NCBI GenBank assembly: GCA_965206595.1
Contig: OZ242214.1
Span: 2,848,001-2,912,000, forward strand
From: Candidatus Latescibacterota bacterium
Lineage (GTDB): Bacteria; Latescibacterota; UBA2968; UBA8231
DNA: 64,000 nt
Direction: 5' to 3'
Every line of letters begins with the position of its first letter. The stretch's first letter is position 1. A model generated the notes under the pieces. It did not search any database and was not told the origin of the DNA. It saw nothing but the letters and a program-made list of their open reading frames with translations. Shown in pieces: positions 39,821 to 48,748 of the stretch. Made by a program: the position numbers and the translations under genes.

Positions 39821-40327
39821 ATGAAACAGTACCACTCCCGCATGGACTTCCTGACCGTGCTCGTCAACCTGCTGGCGGTCTTCGTCATCGACGCCGCGGC
39901 CCTGATCGCCTCGACGAAGGCGCTGGTGCGGGAATCCGGGCTGACTTCGTTCGGCCTCTTCCTCGGGGCGGTCTCGGCCCCGGTCGCCCTGCTGCTCTTC
40001 TTCTTCCCGGTGCGCTACTTCCTCGGGGATTCCCTTCTCGTAGTCCGCAGCGGCATCCTGCGCTGGCGCATCCCGGTCGAGAACATCCACCGCGCCGTGC
40101 GCCTGCGCAGCATCGCCCCTTCCCCGGCGCTCTCCCTGGACCGGATCCGCATCGACTACTCGAAGGGGAGCAGGGTCAAACGGATCTTCCTGTCGCCGGC
40201 CGACCGCACCGGGTTCCTCAACGACCTGGCCATGCTCGACCGCGGGCTCTCCCACGACCAGAACGGCCTCGTGAGGTTGGCGGGCAGGATCATGCCGCTC
40301 CAGGGCCGGCAACCGGGAGTCCGCTGA
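39821..40327 (+). CDS. Bacterial PH-domain membrane protein
   Basis: Two TM segments, LVVRSG..RIP..I, SPALSLDRIRIDY, LSPADR. Confidence 0.75.
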   Translation: MKQYHSRMDFLTVLVNLLAVFVIDAAALIASTKALVRESGLTSFGLFLGAVSAPVALLLFFFPVRYFLGDSLLVVRSGILRWRIPVENIHRAVRLRSIAPSPALSLDRIRIDYSKGSRVKRIFLSPADRTGFLNDLAMLDRGLSHDQNGLVRLAGRIMPLQGRQPGVR

Positions 40328-40387
40328 ACCCGGTTCAACTATCCCCCTGCCCACGGTCCCCTGGCAGAGCCCGTCCGCTTCAGCCGC

Positions 40388-41252
40388 CTACCCGGGCAGC
40401 TGTGCCCAGGCGGTTACATGGGGAGGCAGCAGCAGCGGGCGCTTGGCCGCCACCACTTCCTGACGCACCCGCTCGGCCAGGGTGTCGACGTCGATCTCCT
40501 CCGCGGTGGCGAGCCCGAACTCCACAATGAGGGGCTGCAGGCTGCGAAAGCCGTTGGCGATGTACGGGTACCCGGGCCACGACTCCGGACCGCCGACCGG
40601 AGACTCGAAATGCATGCAGGGCTCGGGCAGGCCCGCATCGACGAAGGTGCGGTAGAGTTCGAAGCCCATGCCGACGTGAGCCCCGGAACGCTCGAAAACC
40701 CCGAGGGCCCAGTCGATCAGCTTGTTGGCCAGGGGGGTATCGGGGCGATGCATCTGCCGGTAGAGGGTGAAGTCGACCTCCTGAAAGGCGACGATCCCCC
40801 CCGGGCGCACGCGGACGGCCAGCTGTTTCAGGGCCTCGGCCGGATCGGCCATGTACATCCGGATCGGCCATGTACATGAGGACGAGGCGGCCGATCAGCG
40901 CGTCGAAGTCGCTTCCGAGATCCAGGGTGCGGGCGTCCCCCGCTATGAACTCGACGTTGGCGAACCCGGCTTCCTGTGCCCTGGACCGCGCCGTGTCGAG
41001 AATCGCCGGGTTGACGTCGACGCCGACGACCGCGCCTTCCGGACCGACCAGTTCGGCGGCGGCCATGGCTACTTCCCCGGTGCCGCTGCCGATGTCGAGC
41101 ACCCTCATGCCGCTGGCCATGCCCGCGTCCCTGAGAAATCGCCGCGTCACCGCGTCGTACAGCTGCGACTGCTGAATCAGACGCTCCTCCTCCTCGCGGG
41201 TGCGTCCCATCGTATATCTCGCATCGCCTCTCGCGCTATTCGATTCCCTCAT
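40388..41252 (-). pseudogene. Class I SAM-dependent methyltransferase frameshifted by a 19-bp tandem duplication
   Basis: VLDIGSGTG; CCGGATCGGCCATGTACAT occurs twice at 40840-40877; the C-terminal half is in ORF 40388-40858. Confidence 0.85.
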
Positions 41253-41479
41253 CCGGCTCGATCCTCCTCTTTTGGGGTTTCAGGGTGTTCATGGGCGGGG
41301 TGCGGCCGCAGGCTGCCGGGCGAAAGGCCCGGCAGTAGTTGGACAACCCCGCAGCTCGTGGGATGTTCCGGTATTCTTACAACCCCCCGGCCCGGAGTCA
41401 ACGCCGCAGCTCCCCCGGAGGTAGGCATGATCCCGCCTCGACCACCTGTTCAACCCGACACCACCCAAGGAGACGATTC

Positions 41480-41989
41480 GTGACCAGCGCAAAGATCGAC
41501 AGCGTGACCGTCCATCTCGAAGACCCGGCATGGCTCAAGTGGGCGGTTCCCCTGTCCCTCCTGTCCTGGGCGGCCATCTCGGTCTACCAGTATGCAACGG
41601 GACAGCACCTGGTGCTGTGGCTGCTCACCACGGCCGTCTCCCTGTTGGGCATACTTCTCGGGGGACTGCGCCGTATGCGGTCGAACCAGGGCTTGTCCGA
41701 TGCCTATCTCCGCGTCGACGCGGAGGGGATCCGGATCAAGCGGCTTCTGTCCCGCGCCCGGCGCATCTCTTGGGAGCAGGTGCAGCGGGTGTGGCTGCGA
41801 GGCGCCGTCGTCGAGGTGGACCTGCGGGGAGGCCGGCGGGAGCGCTGCGCGCTGAACCCCCGGCTGCAGGCGGCCGAGCGCCTGCAGGAGCTGCGCGAAC
41901 TGCTCGGGCGCTACAGGGACCGCCACGAGTTCCTGCTGGCTGTAGATGATGGGGAGGCTGAGAGCGGAAGCGCCCGGCCGATGGGCTGA
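41480..41989 (+). CDS. Hypothetical membrane protein (PH-like)
   Basis: AAGGAG RBS then GTG; two TM segments; LRVDAEGIRI..RISWEQV. Confidence 0.65.
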   Translation: MTSAKIDSVTVHLEDPAWLKWAVPLSLLSWAAISVYQYATGQHLVLWLLTTAVSLLGILLGGLRRMRSNQGLSDAYLRVDAEGIRIKRLLSRARRISWEQVQRVWLRGAVVEVDLRGGRRERCALNPRLQAAERLQELRELLGRYRDRHEFLLAVDDGEAESGSARPMG

Positions 41990-42120
41990 TGGCGACCGGG
42001 CAGGGTTCGCCTATTCAATGAGGCCGGGGCAACGAAGCCCCGGAATAACGCACAATTGTGCTGGGGAAACGGCAACTTCCATCGCTTCAACGAGGTTCCG
42101 AGCAAAGGTGGGGTTGCGCA

Positions 42121-42210
42121 TCGGAAATATATGTTATATATTCTATTTGATGGAAGTTGTTGTTTATATTTATTTTTATTATAGAATAAATAGGCTATTG
42201 TGTCAAATCA
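42121..42210 (+). promoter_or_regulatory. Very AT-rich promoter region of the cas operon
   Basis: About 80 bp of nearly pure A/T in a GC-rich context; inverted repeats AATATAT-gtt-ATATATT (42126-42142) and TATTCTAT/ATAGAATA (42139-42188). Confidence 0.6.
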
Positions 42211-42249
42211 CCGCTGTGGAAAGGCGCAGCCAACAAACGAGGAGAGACC

Positions 42250-43452
42250 ATGACGATTGATATAAAGATCTTGAAAGAAGCGCTCGGCGGAACAGCTGCA
42301 GCACTTCGGTGTGTGACCGACTATCAGCCGGCAGGAGGCCCCGGAGACAAGGTATTTCCGCCGACTTACGAGGGCGGCAAATATGCCACCGAGGAGCGCG
42401 TCGACCCCGGGACCGGCGAGATACGGCAGTGCGTTCTCCTGGATTCGGTGCAGTCGCAAGCCAACCGCATGGAGCTGGCGCTGCTGGAGGCACACCGCAC
42501 CGGAACGGTACAGCTTCCTCTGCTGGTAACGCGCTTCAATCAAGAGGAACTACTCAAGAAGTTCTCGGTGACCAGCTTGGAGGCACCGCATCGCGTCGCG
42601 GATGCGCTGTTCCGCGACAGTCTGTTGAATGGAATGATTTTCCGTAAGTCAGAGAAAGGTCGAATACTCGACACTGCGGAAGTGCGCAACGCCACCGGCC
42701 TGTTTGGCCTGTGCCCGACCGCACTGGTATTCGGGCTGTGGGACTCGACCGGGCCGCGTGGCGGCTTGGGGTGCAAGTTTCAGCGCGCGGTGGTGTCGGA
42801 AATCGTGGGGTATGACGCCAGGGATGGAAAGAAAACGTCCAGCCGCATTGACCCGGCGGAGATCACGCTCGGCGCGGGTCCGCTGTACGAGCGTAAATCT
42901 GAAAGCGACGATACCTCACACTGGACCTTGGATGAGAGGGACGGCAACAAAAAGCTCAAAAAGACTGGAAGGCCATCGGAAGCGAATCATGGAAACGTCA
43001 CGCCAACCATTGCAGAAGGCGGATTTACGTTTTCGAGTGCCCGACAAACGACAACCTTGTCTCTGGCCGTTCTTCGCCGTCTCCGCTTTCCCCTCAACGG
43101 TGCCGCGGACTCCAACCACGATACCGATCTTGCGGCACGTACGGCGCTGGCCGCACTGGGGCTCGCCGCCGGTACTCTGGCGCGAGTTGATACGGATCTT
43201 CGTTCTCGTTGCCAGCTTTTTGCTGAACAAGAACCTGTGTGGGAACTGCTCGACCGCCCTGGAGAATCTCCGCAGAAATTCAAACTTGGTCCCGAAGATG
43301 CGCTGAATTTGTTGGCAGCGGCGATTACTGAGGCGAAAAACGCGGGGCTACCGTGGGATAACGAAATTGAGCTGACCCCATCGCCCGACCTTATTGAACT
43401 GGTTCGGCGCAGCCAGAAATTGGCCAGCACATCGGGAGAAGGGGGAGACTGA
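42250..43452 (+). CDS. cas7g: Type I-G Cas7 (Csb1/GSU0053 family)
   Basis: QPAGGPGDKVFPPTY, LLDSVQSQANRME, TSLEAPHRVADA, PTALVFGLWDS, PSEANHGNV, DLRSRC. Confidence 0.93.
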   Translation: MTIDIKILKEALGGTAAALRCVTDYQPAGGPGDKVFPPTYEGGKYATEERVDPGTGEIRQCVLLDSVQSQANRMELALLEAHRTGTVQLPLLVTRFNQEELLKKFSVTSLEAPHRVADALFRDSLLNGMIFRKSEKGRILDTAEVRNATGLFGLCPTALVFGLWDSTGPRGGLGCKFQRAVVSEIVGYDARDGKKTSSRIDPAEITLGAGPLYERKSESDDTSHWTLDERDGNKKLKKTGRPSEANHGNVTPTIAEGGFTFSSARQTTTLSLAVLRRLRFPLNGAADSNHDTDLAARTALAALGLAAGTLARVDTDLRSRCQLFAEQEPVWELLDRPGESPQKFKLGPEDALNLLAAAITEAKNAGLPWDNEIELTPSPDLIELVRRSQKLASTSGEGGD

Positions 43453-45812
43453 TGTTCTCTCTTGGCATCCATTACCTGAATGGATGGTCAATGGCAGCAG
43501 CGGATGGAGCGCGAAAGGAGCGGGCTGAATGGCCACCGCATCCCGACCGGGTGTTCATGGCGTTGGCTTCAGCATGGTTCGAGACCGGCGAAGACCCTGC
43601 CGAAGGCGAGGCCCTGCGCTGGCTTGAAGCCTTGCCGCCCCCTGCGATTGCCGCTTCGGATCACGACAGTCGCGGCGCTGTTGTCAGCTATGTGCCAGTC
43701 AACGACTCCACCCTCAGTCGCAAAATTCCCACCGGCGGAGACCTGAACAAACTGAAGGATGCCGGGCTGGCCCAGCTTCCCGAGCATCGGTCGCGCCAGC
43801 CCCGTGGTTTCCCGGTTGCCATTCCCCACGACCCGACCGTGCATCTGATCTGGCCAGGGGTCGAGTTGGGTGCGCATCGCCACGCCTTAGAAAGACTGGC
43901 CCCAAAGGTCACACACGTGGGGCATTCCGCTTCCTTTGTACAAGTGTGGGTGGAAGCTGATCCGCCGGAGCACACGTGGATTCCGGCGAACAGTGTCGGG
44001 CTTCAACGACTGCGCGTAACAAGCCCCGGGCGCTTGAAGGTGTTGGAAACGCGCATGGACCGCGCCGCGTGGATCGCTTACCAAGATCTTCAAGGCGAAA
44101 TCAAGCAAGCCGAGGCGGACCTCAAGGAGATGAAGCAACCGCCAAGGGTGGCTTGGAAGGCATTCCCGGATGTGGTGCTACTGGCCAGTGAATCCGAGGT
44201 CAAGCAGCATCCAGACTATCCTGACGCAAAGGCCGGTGGTGATGCCGAGGCTGCGACAAACCTGGTCAGCAGCCTGGTTGACGAGACGGGAATCGCCACG
44301 GTGCCGGCATTGATCGCCGCGGTCAGCGAGAGCGGTTACCCCGTACTGGTCAGCGCCCATGCCTGGGAACGTCACGGAGTCAATGCCATTCCGATTTCTT
44401 TGGCGGAATTCCTGAGCGAGCGACTCGGAATCCCGTTTGAAGATGCCATCGTGCAGACCAATGTCGTCAACCATACCGGGGCCGACGGCTTTGGCCGACT
44501 CGCTCGGCAAGCCACATTTGAAGGCACGATTGAGAAGGACCGCGAATACCTGATGGTGGACGATTTCGTCGGCCAGGGCGGCACCTTGGCGAATCTGCGC
44601 GGCTGGATAGAAAAACAGGGCGGCCATGTCGTCGGGGCCGTGGCCCTGACCGGCAAACCCTATTCTGCCAAACTGAACCCCTCACAGGAGCAATTGCATG
44701 AACTCCGAGAAAAGCACGGATCAGACTTTGAGAAATGGTGGAAAGCCCGCTTCGGCCACGCCTTCGATTGCCTTACTCAGTCGGAGGCTCGGTACCTCGC
44801 CCGCTCCCCGGATGTTGACACCATCCGAAATCGACTTGTTGCGGCAAAGCAAGAAGGAAATGGCACAGGTTGCGCGCGAAGTCCTCGCGAGCAAAGACAG
44901 TACATCAGGGAGTTGAAAGCGCGTTTGAAGGACGGTTTTCCTAACGGCCAACCCGTGAGCCTGCGCCCGGTGCCGGGACGCTGGCAGGGATACGATAGGC
45001 CCCCGAAAGACAAGGCCCCCGAAGCTTCAGGCCCGGTCTTCGACCCTCAGCTCATTATCCTCGGCATCAAAGGCAATCGCGTGTCTCTATCGGCGACGCT
45101 CAAGCTCACGACGGCCCTGCGCGGCTTATTGATGAAAGAGTGTCCAGAACAACCGCCGCCGGAATGGTTCAGCGGTCATCGCCCGGACGGAACGCCCACT
45201 GCCGACCCCCATCTGGCATTGACTCCTCTCCCTTTCGTCGGCGCGGAACATGCAGACGGCCGCATAATGGGTTTGGCTCTGATCCTGCCGGCGGGCTTGG
45301 ATCAGCAGGAGGCCGGGCATTGCCTCGAACCGTTCTTACGCGATCCAGCTACCGGATTGCCGCGTGAACATCCTTTGTTCGATAGCCAGTGGTTCGAGTG
45401 CGCCATTGAGCTGGAAACCCGCGAACGTCCTCCAAATAACCTCGAGCCGGATACCTGGACACGGAAATCGTGCCGTTGGGCGAGTGCGACCCCGGTGGTC
45501 CTGAACAGACATTTCGATGGCAAGGACAAGTGGGAGCGGGCCGCCGAGAGCGTGAAGGATATGTGCGGACACATCGGTCTGCCGCGTCCCCGCGAAGTTC
45601 TGCTGCACCCGGTTTCTCTAGTTGAGGGCGTGCCTCATGCGAGAGAATATCCGCAATTGACTCGCAAGAACGGTGGTGGCCGACGGAGCCACAACCACGC
45701 GGTGATCATCTTCGACGAGCCGGTGCGCGGGCCTGTGCTTGTTGGAGCTGGTCGTTTCCGTGGTTATGGGTTGTGCCGCCCGATGGATGAGCGAGGTGAG
45801 AACCGTGACTGA
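43452..45812 (+). CDS. csb2: Type I-G Csb2 (Cas5-Cas6 fusion) with an inserted phosphoribosyltransferase domain
   Basis: N-terminal EWPPHPDRVFMAL, YVPVND, HVGHSASFV. C-terminal HLALTPLPFVG..HADGRIMG, WASATPVVL, GPVLVGAGRFRGYGLCRP. Central VDDFVGQGGT. Confidence 0.9.
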   Translation: MFSLGIHYLNGWSMAAADGARKERAEWPPHPDRVFMALASAWFETGEDPAEGEALRWLEALPPPAIAASDHDSRGAVVSYVPVNDSTLSRKIPTGGDLNKLKDAGLAQLPEHRSRQPRGFPVAIPHDPTVHLIWPGVELGAHRHALERLAPKVTHVGHSASFVQVWVEADPPEHTWIPANSVGLQRLRVTSPGRLKVLETRMDRAAWIAYQDLQGEIKQAEADLKEMKQPPRVAWKAFPDVVLLASESEVKQHPDYPDAKAGGDAEAATNLVSSLVDETGIATVPALIAAVSESGYPVLVSAHAWERHGVNAIPISLAEFLSERLGIPFEDAIVQTNVVNHTGADGFGRLARQATFEGTIEKDREYLMVDDFVGQGGTLANLRGWIEKQGGHVVGAVALTGKPYSAKLNPSQEQLHELREKHGSDFEKWWKARFGHAFDCLTQSEARYLARSPDVDTIRNRLVAAKQEGNGTGCARSPREQRQYIRELKARLKDGFPNGQPVSLRPVPGRWQGYDRPPKDKAPEASGPVFDPQLIILGIKGNRVSLSATLKLTTALRGLLMKECPEQPPPEWFSGHRPDGTPTADPHLALTPLPFVGAEHADGRIMGLALILPAGLDQQEAGHCLEPFLRDPATGLPREHPLFDSQWFECAIELETRERPPNNLEPDTWTRKSCRWASATPVVLNRHFDGKDKWERAAESVKDMCGHIGLPRPREVLLHPVSLVEGVPHAREYPQLTRKNGGGRRSHNHAVIIFDEPVRGPVLVGAGRFRGYGLCRPMDERGENRD

Positions 45813-47553
45813 GTTGAACGATGGTCCGGCGCGGAAGCACCTGTTGCTGACGGTGCTTGGGAAGGATCCCAAACCTGCTCAATACACCCTTGAAGATCGG
45901 TGTGTAGAAGCCCGGCTTGCGCCCATCGCCCTGTTCAACCTGCTGCCCGAGGAAAAGCGTCCTGATCGAGTGCTGGCGCTGTGCACGCCGGAGGCGAAGC
46001 AGGATAGCTGGCCACTGCTTGAACAGGAGCTGGACGATCGGTGCCAAGTCGCGGCCGTTGAGGTACCCGCTGGCGACACCCAGGAGGACGTCAATGCTTT
46101 TTTGGCCACAGTTACCGGTGCCATTCCAGAGAAAGCCGAACTTATGGTGGACGTGACGCACGGGTATCGGCACTTCTCGTTTCTCACGTACATCGCAGTG
46201 CTCTATCTGGCCGCGCTGCGCGGAGCCGCGATACGCGGCGCGTACTACGGCATGCTGAATCGGGATGCGCCCAGTCCGTTCCTCGATCTGCGCCCGCTCC
46301 TAGAGCTGCCTCGCTGGGTTTATGCGTTGGAGGTTTTGCGCGACACGGGCAGTGCGCTGCCGATGGCCAGGATACTCGACGATGGTCCGGACAGTCAGCC
46401 AGCACGAGACAATTCCCGCGACTTGACCCACCTCTCGGGAGCATACCTCTCGGGCTTGCCATTGGAGTTGGGGTGGCAGGCGTGGAACGCCCGTGAGCAC
46501 CGGCGCAAGCCGTTCACGAGGTTGCTTCGGGACGGCCTTCATCTGCCGCTCGCCGAGAAGTTGGTCGAGCGGCTCGGGGAGATCCTCAAGCCCTTTGCCC
46601 TCGCCGCACCGGCTTCAGGCGAGGGATGGAAGAAGCGCGTTGGGCTGTCCAGGGATGAGTTGCAGCGCCAAGCTCGAATCATCGACGATCTGCGGCGTGA
46701 GAACCTCGTGACGGCGCTCCGCCTGATGCGCGAATGGCTCGTGTCGTGGGCGATCTACCGGCAAGCGTCCGCAGACGATTGGCTTGACCGCGATGTGCGG
46801 CACAAGGCGGAAGGGCTTCTTCATGCAATCAATGCCATTGGCAGCGACAGCAGACTCCGCGACGTCTTGACCGAAGAACAGCGCGCGCTGGGCGGCTTCT
46901 GGGGTAACCTTGCCGAAGCCCGGAACGCCTATGCGCATCACGGAATGCGTGGGCAGCTGCTCGTTGGAAACAAGCAACTCGATAAAAACCTCGACTGTAT
47001 ACAGAGGTTTTGGAAAGATGACCTTCGTTCGTGTCCGGAGATGTCCCTCTCGCTCGGCGAGTCACCCGGCGGTGCAGTCCTAGTGAGCCCCATCGGACTG
47101 CGCCCCGGCGTGCTGTTCAGTGCCGTACAGGCATGTCGGGCGAACGAGGACAGTCGAGACCCGGCGTTGTGCCTCGTCATCTGTTCACCCGAGACAGAAG
47201 AACTGATCGCCGAGGCGTTGAAACATGCCGAGTTCGGGGGCGAGTTCGTGCCGCTCGTCCTTGAAGACGCCTTCGGCGGTGGCCCGGATGAGATCCTGGA
47301 ATTGGTGAGCACCTCGCGAAGGCGCTTCATCGGCGCCGACGAAGTGCTGGTGAACGTGACCGGCGGCACGACGCTCATGGGGCTTGCCGCCGAAAGTCTG
47401 GCAAGCGAGGCACGCTTGCTTGCCTGTCCATCGGTGCGCCGTTTCGGTTTGATCGACCGGCGGCCTCCAAGCGAACAGGAGGACGACCCTTACCAGGCAG
47501 GCGAGCCGTTCTGGTTCGATGACGGAGAGGAGGACTATGCCAACCGACATTGA
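45805..47553 (+). CDS. csx1: Csx1/TM1812-family CARF-HEPN ribonuclease with an extra C-terminal CARF-like domain
   Basis: DVTHGYRH (46150), YYGML, HEPN RNAYAH (46921); C-terminal VSPIGLRPGVL...VNVTGGTT; GTG start overlapping the csb2 stop. Confidence 0.82.
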   Translation: MTELNDGPARKHLLLTVLGKDPKPAQYTLEDRCVEARLAPIALFNLLPEEKRPDRVLALCTPEAKQDSWPLLEQELDDRCQVAAVEVPAGDTQEDVNAFLATVTGAIPEKAELMVDVTHGYRHFSFLTYIAVLYLAALRGAAIRGAYYGMLNRDAPSPFLDLRPLLELPRWVYALEVLRDTGSALPMARILDDGPDSQPARDNSRDLTHLSGAYLSGLPLELGWQAWNAREHRRKPFTRLLRDGLHLPLAEKLVERLGEILKPFALAAPASGEGWKKRVGLSRDELQRQARIIDDLRRENLVTALRLMREWLVSWAIYRQASADDWLDRDVRHKAEGLLHAINAIGSDSRLRDVLTEEQRALGGFWGNLAEARNAYAHHGMRGQLLVGNKQLDKNLDCIQRFWKDDLRSCPEMSLSLGESPGGAVLVSPIGLRPGVLFSAVQACRANEDSRDPALCLVICSPETEELIAEALKHAEFGGEFVPLVLEDAFGGGPDEILELVSTSRRRFIGADEVLVNVTGGTTLMGLAAESLASEARLLACPSVRRFGLIDRRPPSEQEDDPYQAGEPFWFDDGEEDYANRH

Positions 47554-48748
47554 AGCGACTTACGGGGTGGTCACGCCGCTATTTTGCGCTGGGGCCGATC
47601 CAGAGCACGCCGAGCTTCGCCTGCCCAGCTTCAAGGGTGCACTGCGATTCTGGTGGCGGGCGTTGGCATGGTCGCGCTACGGCCCTGACCTTGAAACCAT
47701 ACGGAAACAAGAGGACGCGCTATTTGGAAGCGCGGATGGTGGCCAGTCCCGTGTGTCAATGCACTTGGCTCTATCTTCGGTTCAATCGATAGTTTGCAAA
47801 GACGAAGTTCTCACCGTTTCCCAAACAGACACGCGTGTCGTTGAGGAAGGAGCTCGCTACCTCGGTTACGGCGTGATGGAGGCATTTGGGAGCCAACGGA
47901 AAAACACGAAAAAAGGACAGCTCACGCGGGCATGTCTTCGCGCACCGTTCGATTTCACCGTTCTAATGCGAGGTCGTGAACTGAACGGGATGGAGTTGAC
48001 GTCACTCAAGGATGCCCTGATCGCACTTGGAACTCTCGGCGGAATGGGTGCGAAGAGCCGCAAGGGTTACGGTTCCCTGGCCATTCGGTCTCTTTGTATA
48101 AACAGAGAGGAGCAGAGGAGTGGGCCGCAATCCATGAGCAAACTGCACGGCGCGATCAAAGCGTTTAGAAGCAACGGCGATACAGGGGCGCTGCCCGAAT
48201 TCACGGCGCTGTCGGCGAAGGCTCGCCACATCCTGCTATCGAGCCACAAGAAGGAGCCCCTGGAGTTGTTGGACCTTATCGGTCGCGAACTCGTCAGGTA
48301 CCGAAGCTGGGGGCACAGAGGAAAGATCTTTGGCGGAGAAGACTCGGAGAAAAATTTTGAAGATGACCGCGATTTGATGAAAAGCAATCGGCCCAATGCA
48401 CATCCCCAGCGCATCGCCTTCGGGCTTCCCCACAACTTCGGGCTTCCCCACAACTATGGTAAGCGACCAAACCAGCAAGTTGGCCCAGGTGACAAGGAAC
48501 TGGACCGACGCTCCAGCCCGTTGTTCATCCATATCCACGAGTGCGGCGATACACCGGTCGCTGTCCTGTCGTTCCTCCCCGCGCGATTTCTGCCAAAAGG
48601 CAAATCGGATATCTCCGTTGGGGGGAGCAAAGTCCCTCAGCGTCCAGAGGACGAATTGTACCGCCCAATTCACGACTTCCTCGATCGCCTACTCGATCCC
48701 AAAAAACGCGAGGAACCGTTTACGATTGCCAAGGAGGTGCGGCCGTGA
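47537..48748 (+). CDS. cmr1: Type III-B RAMP Cmr1
   Basis: VVTPLFCAGA, ELRLPSFKGALRFWWRA, LFGS, GGMGAKSRKGYGS, FGLP, RRSSPLFIHI. Confidence 0.92.
   Translation: MPTDIEATYGVVTPLFCAGADPEHAELRLPSFKGALRFWWRALAWSRYGPDLETIRKQEDALFGSADGGQSRVSMHLALSSVQSIVCKDEVLTVSQTDTRVVEEGARYLGYGVMEAFGSQRKNTKKGQLTRACLRAPFDFTVLMRGRELNGMELTSLKDALIALGTLGGMGAKSRKGYGSLAIRSLCINREEQRSGPQSMSKLHGAIKAFRSNGDTGALPEFTALSAKARHILLSSHKKEPLELLDLIGRELVRYRSWGHRGKIFGGEDSEKNFEDDRDLMKSNRPNAHPQRIAFGLPHNFGLPHNYGKRPNQQVGPGDKELDRRSSPLFIHIHECGDTPVAVLSFLPARFLPKGKSDISVGGSKVPQRPEDELYRPIHDFLDRLLDPKKREEPFTIAKEVRP

Noticed and set aside
44124-44132. Internal RBS (AAGGAG) for separate translation of the PRTase-Cas6 half
   Set aside because: AAGGAG abuts the ATG with no spacer, too close to work as a Shine-Dalgarno sequence.
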